From NCBI GenBank assembly GCA_046582655.1, contig JAYGDX010000082.1, forward strand, positions 1 to 64,000: DNA of 64,000 nucleotides, read 5' to 3'. A program made the position numbers and the translations under genes. This DNA comes from Candidatus Poribacteria bacterium (GTDB taxonomy: Bacteria; Poribacteria; WGA-4E; UBA9662). Positions 38,914-49,290 of this stretch are shown here, piece by piece. Positions within the stretch are counted from its first letter, which is position 1. Each line of letters begins with the position of its first letter. The notes beneath the pieces were generated by a model. The model was not told the DNA's origin and did not search any database. It saw only the letters and a list, made by a program, of their open reading frames with translations.

Positions 38914-41900
38914 TTAATCTGCCGGCTGAGGAGTAAGATCAGAGGCATGAACCTCTCGTTCAGAGTAAGTTTCCTGCCTGCCACGATCGTGAAATTCACC
39001 TCGAACTTCTGCGCTAAAAGTTCGCCAGATCAATAACTGTTTTCGAACTAAATTGAGGAAGCGGCGGTTAACACGTTTCCAAGATGCAATCTCACCACTT
39101 TCACGCGTAACGTTCAGACCAATACGATACAAATCTTCTTCTTCACTGCCAACAGGCACTGTCACCAACTTAACCTTCTGACTAACTCCCAAATCATACG
39201 GTGCCAACCAAACCATCATACCGATGCTGAAGATATCTTCCCCTTCCTCTGCTATACGGTTAAATGTGATTTGATCAGAATAGAAATCACTGGCAGATTC
39301 ATCAGAATGCGCTTCAAAATAGTCCCGCATAAAGATGTTCAATCCCAAAGATTCTTCGGACAAAACAGTAAATGGCAAGCTAAACTGCCAAAAATCACCA
39401 TCCGGTTCTGGAAGTTTCCATTTCCGCTCAATGTCAGGAACAGCCATCCTACCTGCTTTAATGGCTGGATATAGCGTCGATCCGATAACAACAAGCATGA
39501 CAATAATCGTCGCCATTACCGTCGACATGGATGAATAGTTCAACGTTAAGCCACCCAACAGGTTAAATTTAACTAGCATCGTTGCCACAATCTGACCGAA
39601 TAAGTAACCGAATACCGCTCCCACAACCGCATAAACGCAAGCCTCTGCCAGGAACAAAAACGCGATGTGTACCGGTGCTAGTCCAACAGAACTATAGATC
39701 CCAATTTCTCGCACGCGTTCGTAAACCGCACCCAGCATTGTATTCAACACGATTAACGAAGCAATCAGAATAGGGATGAATAAATTACCCATGCCCGAAA
39801 ATGAGGTCATTCCAATAGCGCTGTACAAATAGGCATCCTTGCCCCGCCCAACGAAGAAGTCAAGCGACATACGGGTCATTAACGGCCCCATGATCAAGTC
39901 CAGCTTATCTTCCGCATCCAGCAGGACCTTGTTGCCTATTCTAGTATCCTGGTCATGTACCTCCATACTGACAGCCACCGATTTGAGATTGCCCCCTTGG
40001 TTCATAACAACCTCGTACGGCAAGATAGCAATGCTGTCGGGTGTAAGATGCAGGTATTTCTGTAATTCCCCTTCAAGGGTTTCTTCCCCCTGTCCACCAC
40101 GGGAACTTTGCTGGTTCATTAATTGGTAATCAACAGGTGTTAATTCTTCACCATCGTTATCTTTTAAGTCCTTGAACCCAACGCCCAAAACGCCGACAAC
40201 GGTAAAGTCTTCACCATAAACCGAAACGGTTGCTTTCCCCATATCGGCTTCTTCAATTCCCAGCAGGTCTGCCATTCCTTTGGGAAGGACACAGACATAT
40301 GGCCATTTTGTTGGCCATTCAGATGCATTTTCCTGCTTAAACCACGTACCATATCTCAGGTGACTTTGAATGCCGGTTACCTCAGGTTCCCTTTCACTCA
40401 TACCGACCAGCATATTGGCGGCAAAAGTTTTAGGTTCACCTGTTGGATTCGTCTTTGGTCGAGGGTCTAGCTTGTTTGCTGTCCTCGTCAACTGGACAAA
40501 CGATTGATCTCCGGTACCGGATGTTTGGTACCAAGCCCGTGGTGCCACGACGTTATAGATTGTAACATCACTTAACTCGCCATCTATCGGTATCGGTTTA
40601 CCCTTTCTTCTGAACAAGCGTTCCACTTCTTCCCGACTAACTTCCCTTTTGTGTAGATCATTGGTAATTGTCGTTATCACTGGCTCTTCCATGGCACGCC
40701 AGTATTGATCTCGTATCAGCATTCCAGTGTACTTTGGTGTAACAGAGGCTAATGTTGTCCGGTTAGGCCGCATGAATGTCCGTACTGATGTAAACGAAAT
40801 GACGGTAAATGTCAGAATAACCAGCGTCACGCAGGTCAAAATTGTTCTCATTCCGCGCTTTCGCATATTGGAGATTCCCAGACTGAAAGCGGCGGCAGAG
40901 GCTGCCAGTCGTCCCACATCAGCTTTGTACACTTTCGAAGTTTCCTGCTTCATTTTCTCCAATTGCTCTTCAAATTTTCTGATGATAATTGCTACCACGA
41001 ATACCGATAAAGCCAGCACAATAAAGGCAACCAGAATAATTACAGGCGTAGTGGTAATCTGAAAAGCAGGATGAACCTGAGCAAGAAAGAAAAACACAAC
41101 AAGAAAAATGGCAAAGGTGGCGATAATCTGCTTATGAATACTGGCAAAACCGAAGAGCAACCGTTCCATAAAATAAGCGAACGGTATTAGCAACGCCAGA
41201 TAGAACATTACTCCGCTAACTACATCATTTCCTGTCTTCTTCACATCCGGATAAGCACGTGACTCAAACCCCCAGGCAGCTCGCGCCAGTTTCAACGCTT
41301 GTGAATAATCTCGTTTCAACAACATATCCCGTGCTTGATTGAGATGCACGTTCGCAAACTGATGCAATTGGTCAAGTCGATCGCTACTAATCCCGAATTT
41401 TTTGTACAGCCTATTTCGATTTTCATCCAGCCACCACATGTCACGTATGACCACGTAAGGTGTGACACGGATTGAACCATTTTCACCAACAACGAAACCT
41501 TCACCCGTATAGAGTGTTGGGTTTTTGGCCCCGCTTGGTCCAGCTTTAATTAACAGAAGTCGCTTGCCAATTTGCCCATATGACATCCCGATCTTAATCC
41601 GCGCATCTGCTTCTGAGTAGACCAACGCAATTGGTTCTGTAGCCGATACCCCTTGCTGTTGTATAGGTTTGGATATACCATATTTCTCAGGGAAACTGTC
41701 AGTTGCTGCGTCATAGACTTGCAGTTCACGAAGTGTTCGTAAAGACCGTTGGTCAACTAAATCATATATGGTCGTCGAAACACAGGGAAAGACCACAACT
41801 CGACAGCCCCTTTGCCTTCGATCTATAGGTACTTTATTGTTGTAGACTTTAGCCCCAAAGTTACCAAGGTCGGGGGCATAGACGATATCGCCTGAATCCC

Positions 41901-44900
41901 GGTCTAGAATATAAGGCTCAATTTCCTGAGCTCCACCCATACGGTTGGTGGCTCTACCTTCCATAGCCAAACCGACAACCTCAAATATCCCTCTGTTATC
42001 ACCACGTATAATTAGGTCTCCGCGGACCCCCGTCATTGTTTTGTGCTTGCGACGGAGTGTGACAATTGGGTTAGGAACAGGCTTGCTCGGTAACGCACTT
42101 TCCCGTGCATCGTATTCAACAACATCGCCGTATAGATTACAGTAAAAATTTCCGACCTTTGCCGACGTTGGCATCAATGGATCCCGCAAAGCTTGTATTA
42201 GAATTGATGCCATTGTTTTAACCTGTTTGTGCAGATTGCCGTCATCAGTAATATCCATTCGGTTAATTGTGTCAAACGGCGTATCTGTCATCATACGGGC
42301 GTCGTCAATTGTGGCAAACGCAATACCGGTTTTTCCGGCTAAAGTCGCCACCTCGCTATCAAAGGCGATTTTGCTTGGAATGTAAGTCTTCCAAGTTTTT
42401 CCACCACTGGCCGAAATGCCATTGATAAAATTGCTACTACCACTCAAGCCAACCACACTGATCAGTTCTTTGATATCGTCAACTTCATCTTGAGTCAGTT
42501 CCGAAGGGTCTTCGCCTCTAAGTGTGAGTTGAGCATTAAGTTTATTGAGTTGGCGGATTTTTCCTTTTCGCGCCTTTCGAGCTGATCGGATGTCATTTCG
42601 GATAAATCGCTCAACCTCTTTCCGAATATAGTCTATGTCTTTCAACATATCTTCGGAGGGCTCACCCCGATCTTTCATGTGCTGAAATTGCATTTTCATC
42701 AGGCGCGAAACTCCACCAAGCCCTTTCAAGGTACTGAAATGTTCTCCAACCAGTGTCTCAAGTGTCTTACCCTCGATAGCTTCTTTAGGAGCTATTCCAG
42801 CGGAAATCCCCCACTGGCTAGCCATCACACTTTGTTGTATCTGGTCATTAGTGAATTTCCACAACTGCTCAATTCGTTCTCCAAAATCCGCTTGATTAGC
42901 GTATTCCAACAACTTATTACCGATAGACGCGAACTCGCGACGTAACACATATTCGGGCTGCTGATCATAGAACCACCCTTTATTGAAAACGCCGAATGTG
43001 TCATTTTGCGTTGATAGGTCTATCGAAATGAAGAGCGACGCATAATAACGGTTGAACAAATCTTGCAAAGCGATTGCCTGTTCCAAACTTGTAATCTTAC
43101 GCTGGTATTCTGCTTTGCTGATACGCGCTATTTTTTCAACACGGTTTTGGATATTCCGGAAACGCGAATTTCGCAATGTCAACATGTTATCCCGGAGCAA
43201 TCCTTTGGTTTCTTCATCCAGACTGGAGTTGAGTTGATCAAGGCGACCTAGCAGGTTTTGAAGATCAACAATATCGGATTCAGAACGCTCTTTAACAGCA
43301 GCAAGCAAGCTCTGTTCGGTAAAATGAGCGGCAATTTGTGTGCGTATCTCTATCGCTTTTTTGCTCTCTTCATAGTCCTTCAAATAATGCTTTAATACCA
43401 GAAGTTCTTCATCCAGATATCCGCGGCTGAGATTGGCGTGGGAACTCAGCAACCAATCGATTCGCCGTGCCTCAATTCGGGCGTTACGCAGTCCGCTCTC
43501 AAGAATGTTTTGCTTGTCTTTTGTCAGCTTTTCGATCAACACGCTTATCGACGGATCCGGTTTTTCGGACATGAGGAGTGCCCGTTTCTGCTGAATATCC
43601 TTATTAAGATCTTCAAAACGATCTAGATTGCTTTTTTGAGAGCTGCTGAAGCTGCTACCAAGTAGAATTTTTCGTTGCAGGGAACTCAAATCAAGTAGAT
43701 CTGTGTCACTGATATAAAAGGCAAGTTTTGTCCTGTCAGGTTGATATAAAGGATCTTCATTAAGTTTATTGATAGACTCAACAAAAAAATTGCTACTACT
43801 ATCGATGTCAGTGATTTTGTCCCTGATGTTTTTTAGAATCTGTTCTTCTTCATTAATGTAGTTGGACAAGGATTCATTTGCGGAAGACACAATCCTGCGC
43901 GCCGCAATCAGCTCTTTTAGATCCCCAAAGTTGAGATGTCGATCAAGCAAGTTTGCAGGTGCGTACCGCAACATCAATTTGCGTTTATCTTTCAATTCCC
44001 AGTTCTCTAGACTATCCGACAGTTTCTGTATATCTTGCGCTGTCGGCTGGTCGCGTAATTCATCAGGAATCAGCAGCCGGTAATTTCCATTTTTTTCTTC
44101 TCGAGTAAGATATGAGTCATCCGGGTTTCGGCTGAATCTTCCAGGATTTTTTGACTCTAGGTCGGCAACCAATCTCTCGATAGCCCAAACGTCAATGCGC
44201 GCCATCGGTAAAGCGATCGATTCGATTAGCTCACGCTGGGCAACACGAGACTCTGCCAAGGCAATCTCTCGCAATCTGTCAATACGTTGGATGATATCTC
44301 TAAGAAATTGGGTGGTTTGTTGCGAGTCTTTTTTGATTTTTGAGAGGTTTGCATCAAGCAGGGATTTTTCTTCTTCAGTAAAATCTTGTTTCTCACGCTT
44401 CTTTCTCGACTGGACTTTCTTCTTTTTCCTAATTTGGAAATCACGCTGCTTATCACGCAACGAGTTAATATTCGAAACAGAAATAGATAAATCAGCCAGT
44501 GTAGTGTCAAGTGATTCCAAATCATAGCTTACTTGGTGAACTTCATGGTAAAAATCGGATGGCAGATCAACGAGAACATTCCGATCAATTGAAATGAAAA
44601 TTTTCCTGCCAAGCTCTTCGAATTCAAATATATCGCTGCTAAGCCCCCGACGTAGGCCGTGCATGGTCGGTGTTCCCGGGGAATCAACGTCACGTCCAAC
44701 AACATCTTTCCCAATTCCGTCCATGAACGCCCTCATACCAGCCAGACCTTGAAAATGCGCATCGGTTGCCACAAACAGGACGGACCTTCCTGGACGGAAT
44801 TTCTTTTCAGAGAAAATCCGAGCTAGCTCAAGCATACTTGCAATACCACTGGTTGGGTCTGCTCCCGGTGCAATAGCAGGTACAACCGACATGGAATCAT

Positions 44901-46086
44901 AATAGGCGTTGAGGACCACCATTTCATCTTTGAGTTGAGGATCACCTCCCTCAAGGTATCCGCGGATATTTTGTCCTGTCCGTCGTTCCCAAGTCATGGT
45001 TGACTTCAAGCGAACGGTAACTTTCTCTCCCTTATCTTCTGCCGCGGCAATCATTCCCTTTATCTTTTCGGCATTGGATCTACTGACCCAAAAACGGGGC
45101 ACATTGGCAGGAACAGTCAGAAATTTGTTTTCTGCCTCACCACGGTTTGTTGTTTCTGGCTCAATGAAGACGACCGCTTTTGCACCAAGCATGGCAGCAT
45201 TGATCCAACGCGTACTGGAATTGAAGTTAACTAAGACGATACTTCCTTCTGGAATGAAGATACTAGATTCAGAAGCGGCGATGAATTCCCCATGCTCGTC
45301 TATCTGACCATCCTTATTGTTATCTTTACCGTCGGTATTATCACCAGGGATTTCATCGATGATCCCATTGCCATTATTATCAATTTTATCCTTAGCCCAC
45401 GTCGCAATATCGGAAAGCTGAGGAATCTCACCGTACTCATCAGTCTGGAGGTTCTCGTTGTTATCAACACCATCGTCTGTCTTTTGCAAGTGGCTGTTCA
45501 GAACATCATCCGTGATAGCACCGATGCCAACATGGAAACGGTCGGCAACACTCCCGAGAGTATCTCCCTTTTTGACTTCATACCAGAATCCCCCAATATC
45601 TTTATCGTTGAAGTCTCGTAGATTGGATGAGCCTACAAAGAAGATAGGTGCTTTTAAACCATCGGTAGGAAGAAGAGAAGTTCGAATGAGATTAGGCCAA
45701 ATCGGAGAAATTTGAAAAGCCAGAGGGGATTTGTCACCGCTGCCACTGAGTACTTCTAAACGACCATCGCCATGATCAATTGGAACGGTAATTGTAAAGT
45801 CGCGACTTTCGACATTCTGAAGACCGATTTCAGTAAATCGATCGAAAATGTACTTACTTGCATTGGCAGTATCAGGATAACCTGTAACGCGCGTAGAAAG
45901 GCTAGAAAGGCGTGCGATATCTTTGCGTATATTTCGGATATCTACCTGTTCACGAATCTTCACCGCCGTATCCGAGAGACTAAGCGAAGACGCTCCATCT
46001 GCTCCTTCCGCTATAACAGTACAATAATTTAGCATTAGGAAAGCCCAAAGAAGGGCGAAGCAAAACGGAGTTCCAAATTTCCTCAT
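38914..46086 (-). CDS. Giant (~2390 aa) M28-like ectodomain + LysM + acidic repeats + FtsX/MacB-like permease fusion
   Basis: Signal peptide after AAGGAG RBS (ATG 46086). M28/PA scaffold (SRVTGY-like, NIRGYL.G, AYYDS, GAD, LELAR); LysM (YEVKKGDTLG); DNNxNGxxDE repeats; SNMRKR..RT.LT; LNTMLGAVYERVREIGIYSSVGLAP..I..LFLAEA (FtsX motif). Confidence 0.88.
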   Translation of the reverse strand: MRKFGTPFCFALLWAFLMLNYCTVIAEGADGASSLSLSDTAVKIREQVDIRNIRKDIARLSSLSTRVTGYPDTANASKYIFDRFTEIGLQNVESRDFTITVPIDHGDGRLEVLSGSGDKSPLAFQISPIWPNLIRTSLLPTDGLKAPIFFVGSSNLRDFNDKDIGGFWYEVKKGDTLGSVADRFHVGIGAITDDVLNSHLQKTDDGVDNNENLQTDEYGEIPQLSDIATWAKDKIDNNGNGIIDEIPGDNTDGKDNNKDGQIDEHGEFIAASESSIFIPEGSIVLVNFNSSTRWINAAMLGAKAVVFIEPETTNRGEAENKFLTVPANVPRFWVSRSNAEKIKGMIAAAEDKGEKVTVRLKSTMTWERRTGQNIRGYLEGGDPQLKDEMVVLNAYYDSMSVVPAIAPGADPTSGIASMLELARIFSEKKFRPGRSVLFVATDAHFQGLAGMRAFMDGIGKDVVGRDVDSPGTPTMHGLRRGLSSDIFEFEELGRKIFISIDRNVLVDLPSDFYHEVHQVSYDLESLDTTLADLSISVSNINSLRDKQRDFQIRKKKKVQSRKKREKQDFTEEEKSLLDANLSKIKKDSQQTTQFLRDIIQRIDRLREIALAESRVAQRELIESIALPMARIDVWAIERLVADLESKNPGRFSRNPDDSYLTREEKNGNYRLLIPDELRDQPTAQDIQKLSDSLENWELKDKRKLMLRYAPANLLDRHLNFGDLKELIAARRIVSSANESLSNYINEEEQILKNIRDKITDIDSSSNFFVESINKLNEDPLYQPDRTKLAFYISDTDLLDLSSLQRKILLGSSFSSSQKSNLDRFEDLNKDIQQKRALLMSEKPDPSISVLIEKLTKDKQNILESGLRNARIEARRIDWLLSSHANLSRGYLDEELLVLKHYLKDYEESKKAIEIRTQIAAHFTEQSLLAAVKERSESDIVDLQNLLGRLDQLNSSLDEETKGLLRDNMLTLRNSRFRNIQNRVEKIARISKAEYQRKITSLEQAIALQDLFNRYYASLFISIDLSTQNDTFGVFNKGWFYDQQPEYVLRREFASIGNKLLEYANQADFGERIEQLWKFTNDQIQQSVMASQWGISAGIAPKEAIEGKTLETLVGEHFSTLKGLGGVSRLMKMQFQHMKDRGEPSEDMLKDIDYIRKEVERFIRNDIRSARKARKGKIRQLNKLNAQLTLRGEDPSELTQDEVDDIKELISVVGLSGSSNFINGISASGGKTWKTYIPSKIAFDSEVATLAGKTGIAFATIDDARMMTDTPFDTINRMDITDDGNLHKQVKTMASILIQALRDPLMPTSAKVGNFYCNLYGDVVEYDARESALPSKPVPNPIVTLRRKHKTMTGVRGDLIIRGDNRGIFEVVGLAMEGRATNRMGGAQEIEPYILDRDSGDIVYAPDLGNFGAKVYNNKVPIDRRQRGCRVVVFPCVSTTIYDLVDQRSLRTLRELQVYDAATDSFPEKYGISKPIQQQGVSATEPIALVYSEADARIKIGMSYGQIGKRLLLIKAGPSGAKNPTLYTGEGFVVGENGSIRVTPYVVIRDMWWLDENRNRLYKKFGISSDRLDQLHQFANVHLNQARDMLLKRDYSQALKLARAAWGFESRAYPDVKKTGNDVVSGVMFYLALLIPFAYFMERLLFGFASIHKQIIATFAIFLVVFFFLAQVHPAFQITTTPVIILVAFIVLALSVFVVAIIIRKFEEQLEKMKQETSKVYKADVGRLAASAAAFSLGISNMRKRGMRTILTCVTLVILTFTVISFTSVRTFMRPNRTTLASVTPKYTGMLIRDQYWRAMEEPVITTITNDLHKREVSREEVERLFRRKGKPIPIDGELSDVTIYNVVAPRAWYQTSGTGDQSFVQLTRTANKLDPRPKTNPTGEPKTFAANMLVGMSEREPEVTGIQSHLRYGTWFKQENASEWPTKWPYVCVLPKGMADLLGIEEADMGKATVSVYGEDFTVVGVLGVGFKDLKDNDGEELTPVDYQLMNQQSSRGGQGEETLEGELQKYLHLTPDSIAILPYEVVMNQGGNLKSVAVSMEVHDQDTRIGNKVLLDAEDKLDLIMGPLMTRMSLDFFVGRGKDAYLYSAIGMTSFSGMGNLFIPILIASLIVLNTMLGAVYERVREIGIYSSVGLAPVHIAFLFLAEACVYAVVGAVFGYLFGQIVATMLVKFNLLGGLTLNYSSMSTVMATIIVMLVVIGSTLYPAIKAGRMAVPDIERKWKLPEPDGDFWQFSLPFTVLSEESLGLNIFMRDYFEAHSDESASDFYSDQITFNRIAEEGEDIFSIGMMVWLAPYDLGVSQKVKLVTVPVGSEEEDLYRIGLNVTRESGEIASWKRVNRRFLNLVRKQLLIWRTFSAEVRGEFHDRGRQETYSEREVHASDLTPQPAD

Positions 46087-46161
46087 ATAACTCTCCTTAT
46101 ACATGCAATAACAAATCATTGAAAAAACTCAGTAGGATTGACAATGAAAGGGCAAGCCCAG

Positions 46162-46190
46162 ATTTTATCACAGTTCCAAAATCTTGTCAA
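46162..46190 (-). promoter_or_regulatory. sigma70 promoter TTGACA-N17-TAAAAT (extended -10) of the giant-permease operon
   Basis: Reverse strand TTGACA agattttggaactgtga TAAAAT, about 75 nt before ATG 46086. Confidence 0.75.
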
Positions 46191-47632
46191 GAATCAATAC
46201 GGAACGCTGTTTTCAAGGGTATTATACTAAATACTAAATATGATTGATTTTACGAGTTACACAGTTGAGGAATGAATCTGCCAAAATGCAACTAATATGA
46301 CTATATCGATTTTCTAATTGCCAGCCAAAAGAATTATAGATGCTTGAAAGTTGAAAATAAAAGGTACAGACTAAAACCAACATACTTTCAAAATTTCTTT
46401 CAATTTATCATATCTATGAACCTACCAAATGGGATCTTGGCAATAAGCCTAGGAACTACACGGCAATCATCAACCTATCCATCTGTTATTCAAACTCGAT
46501 GGGCAAACCGAAGGATCAAACACCATATGGATTCCCACCACAAAATCGCCACCACTACTGTGTTGATGAGCCTTGACAATACCGCTATGAATGAATTTCC
46601 ACTCTCAAATCCAGGTCTGTAACAATCCTTTTTGATTAACGAATGTGCAACTTTCCTCTCTCAACCAATCGTTGAACCTTCTATAAACTAGGATGCCAAG
46701 GACCAAACTGAAGAGATAGCTCTCTCCAAATACAGCCAATCCTAAGACGCCAAAGGATAACTACAAGTGACATCACCAATCTTAGACTTGATCATAGACG
46801 CCAGAATCCAGCATGATAGATTTAAAATTCAACCAAATGCTAATCCGTAAGCACTAATGGCGCATAGCAAGCTCGTAGATGATTATTTTGACAAGCACAA
46901 TAATCCGGTTGGCTATCCTTTGCAAGTATTTAGATTGGAACCTCTCCCCAGTCTAGATGCACCTTTGCAAATGCTTGATTTATGATTCCCTGTTAGAATA
47001 ATCACTTCCTTTGTTGTTTCAAACCTTAAAAGATCTCTAAAGAATTGCAGTTCGTTATCAAACCAAATTGATCTCAGTTTCGTGATGCGCGATTTTCCTG
47101 ATCGACCAGCAGATTGATTAGAAAACACACAGCTGAAAGTTTAGGAGGCTTCACATCCTTCCCAAATCAGATTCAAATCAGTCCAAAGCTGCAATGGGAA
47201 TTCGTAGCTCTTGTATCTAGCAAAAGTTTTTCTTGAAATTTTACTCAGTTTCGTTGGATTCCCTCGAATAGGGCTCGATTTTCTGCGAACCAGTATCTCC
47301 ATATATAACCATCGAGTGCTTAGTCCCAATAGAACTATGTAAAGAGACTATGCTCCAATTTTAACGACACTCTGGAGAAAATGAAATCCATGAATTAGGT
47401 TTTCAAAAAATGACCGTTCTCCTAAAAGGCCTTAACCCAGCTTAAGTGGAATTACCTGTTAAAAACTTAAGTACAATGGCATCTGATCTTCTTTCAGTTA
47501 GAATTAAAAAAGACGCCTGTTTACTTAACACAGATCTCTTAATTTACAATGTCTCTTGACCCGTTATAGAGAGCTATGTCAATATCAGAATCTGAATTTA
47601 ATTTATTAAATCCGACCAAGGAAAATTTAGTC

Positions 47633-48906
47633 GTGAATCATCGTTGCATCATCGAATTATCGTGCCGCATGTTGCTGCTACTCAGTTTATCTCCGCGTCT
47701 ACATGGCGAAGATGATTCGAAAACTGTACTTGTTATTACATGCCATGGTACTCATCAAAGCCTGTGAGCGGACGTTGGGGATGGCACTGGACGATGAACT
47801 ACTTTGATCCCGACAAAGTTAGCAAGAATGGCCAGCGAGAAGTGGCTTCATACGACTACCCTCTTATCGCCCCCTATGACTCCAACGATGACCACACCCT
47901 AGAATGTCATGTGCTGCTAATGAAATTTGCAGGTATCAAAGGTGTGGTCATCGACTAGTATGGTATAGAGGATTTTCGGGACTGCGCTATGATTCACCGC
48001 AATACAAAGCATCTGATCAAATACATTAAGAAAGCGGAACTTCGGTTTGCAATCTGTGATGAAGACCAAACGGTCAAACACATGATTGAAAGTAAGTTCC
48101 TTCAGAAACAGGAAGGTCGCACCTATGGCAAAAAAGTCCTAAAATGGCTCGACAACAACTGGTTTGGCGATGATGCCTATATAAAAGTCGACGACCGGCC
48201 CGTCCTGCTTGTCTTTGGCCCTCAACATTTCAAGAAAGAACAGTGGGACCTCATTATGTTGGGATTGTCGAAGCGCCTCTTGCTTTACGGATTGCCGCAC
48301 CTTTCACAGAAAGCCAAGATGAGTGGCGTATTTGGCTGGCCCCCAGTATCTGGTAGCCGAGAGATAGTGCCCACTGTTTGGCAAAAATATCTTTTCCAAC
48401 TGTATGCTAGAGGAGCAACTGGAGAAGCAGTCATCGCTGTAGCTTTTCCAGGGTTCCATGACATCTACAAGGATGTTGGTTTGCACAATAGTATTGGATA
48501 TATTGACGATCAAAAGGGAAAGACCTTCATCGAAACTTTTGAGCTTGCATGGAAGAGCGACTCACAATTCATCCAGATCGCAACGTGGAACGACTATGGT
48601 GAAGGAACGGTCATTGAACCAACAAAGGCATTCAAATATCAGTATCTAGAGGTGATTCAGAAGTATACTCAAACACGCTCCAAAGCAACTGCCTTGTTTA
48701 GCCGAGAAGATCTACAACTTCCTATAATGCTGTATAAGCTCAAAAAGAAGCACATGAAGAACCCTATGACTATGAAAGACCTGAAGAAGGCATCAACCTT
48801 GTTATTCTCTTCCAAGTGCAATGAAGTGAGAGCCATTCTTCAAAAGTATGCAGTAGAAAGTGGCAAACAAAACCATACAGTAGATGCCAACAAGTTACAT
48901 AGATAA
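47633..48906 (+). pseudogene. GH99/GH71-like glycoside hydrolase pseudogene
   Basis: Signal peptide; frameshift before [21 protein letters not shown] (TAG at 47956 where W is expected); RPVLLVFGP, PGFHD, QIATWNDYGEGT.IEP. Confidence 0.8.
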
Positions 48907-49290
48907 ACTTTGACTAATAGCTTCCGTTTGCTAATCTATTAGACACTTTTAGGGATTTTTGGACTTTCAGCAAATTCAAAGCTAAAACAGCATTGGGCAT
49001 ATAACTCAACTAGCTATAAGGGCTCAAAGCTAACTAGATCTCGTAAAACCTATCCAATTGATTGCACCCGATTTTTAGCCTAGAAAGAAAGATGACTAAG
49101 AATACTGGTATCTCCATAAGAAAGCCCGCCGTTACGGCCACCATCATCACGAGTTGAAGTCAGACAATGCTCTACACGCTTTGATTAGCAATTATGACCT
49201 CAGCAGGCAACGTGCTTTGAGATTCTCAAACCTGTATAAAACTGCATCCTCATACTCCTGACGCCCCTAGCTGGCAGGTCAAGCATCATC

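Noticed and set aside
39271..46032. Numerous short + strand ORFs opposite the giant gene (and similar antisense ORFs elsewhere)
   Set aside because: Shadow ORFs of long coding genes, with no recognisable motifs or RBS.
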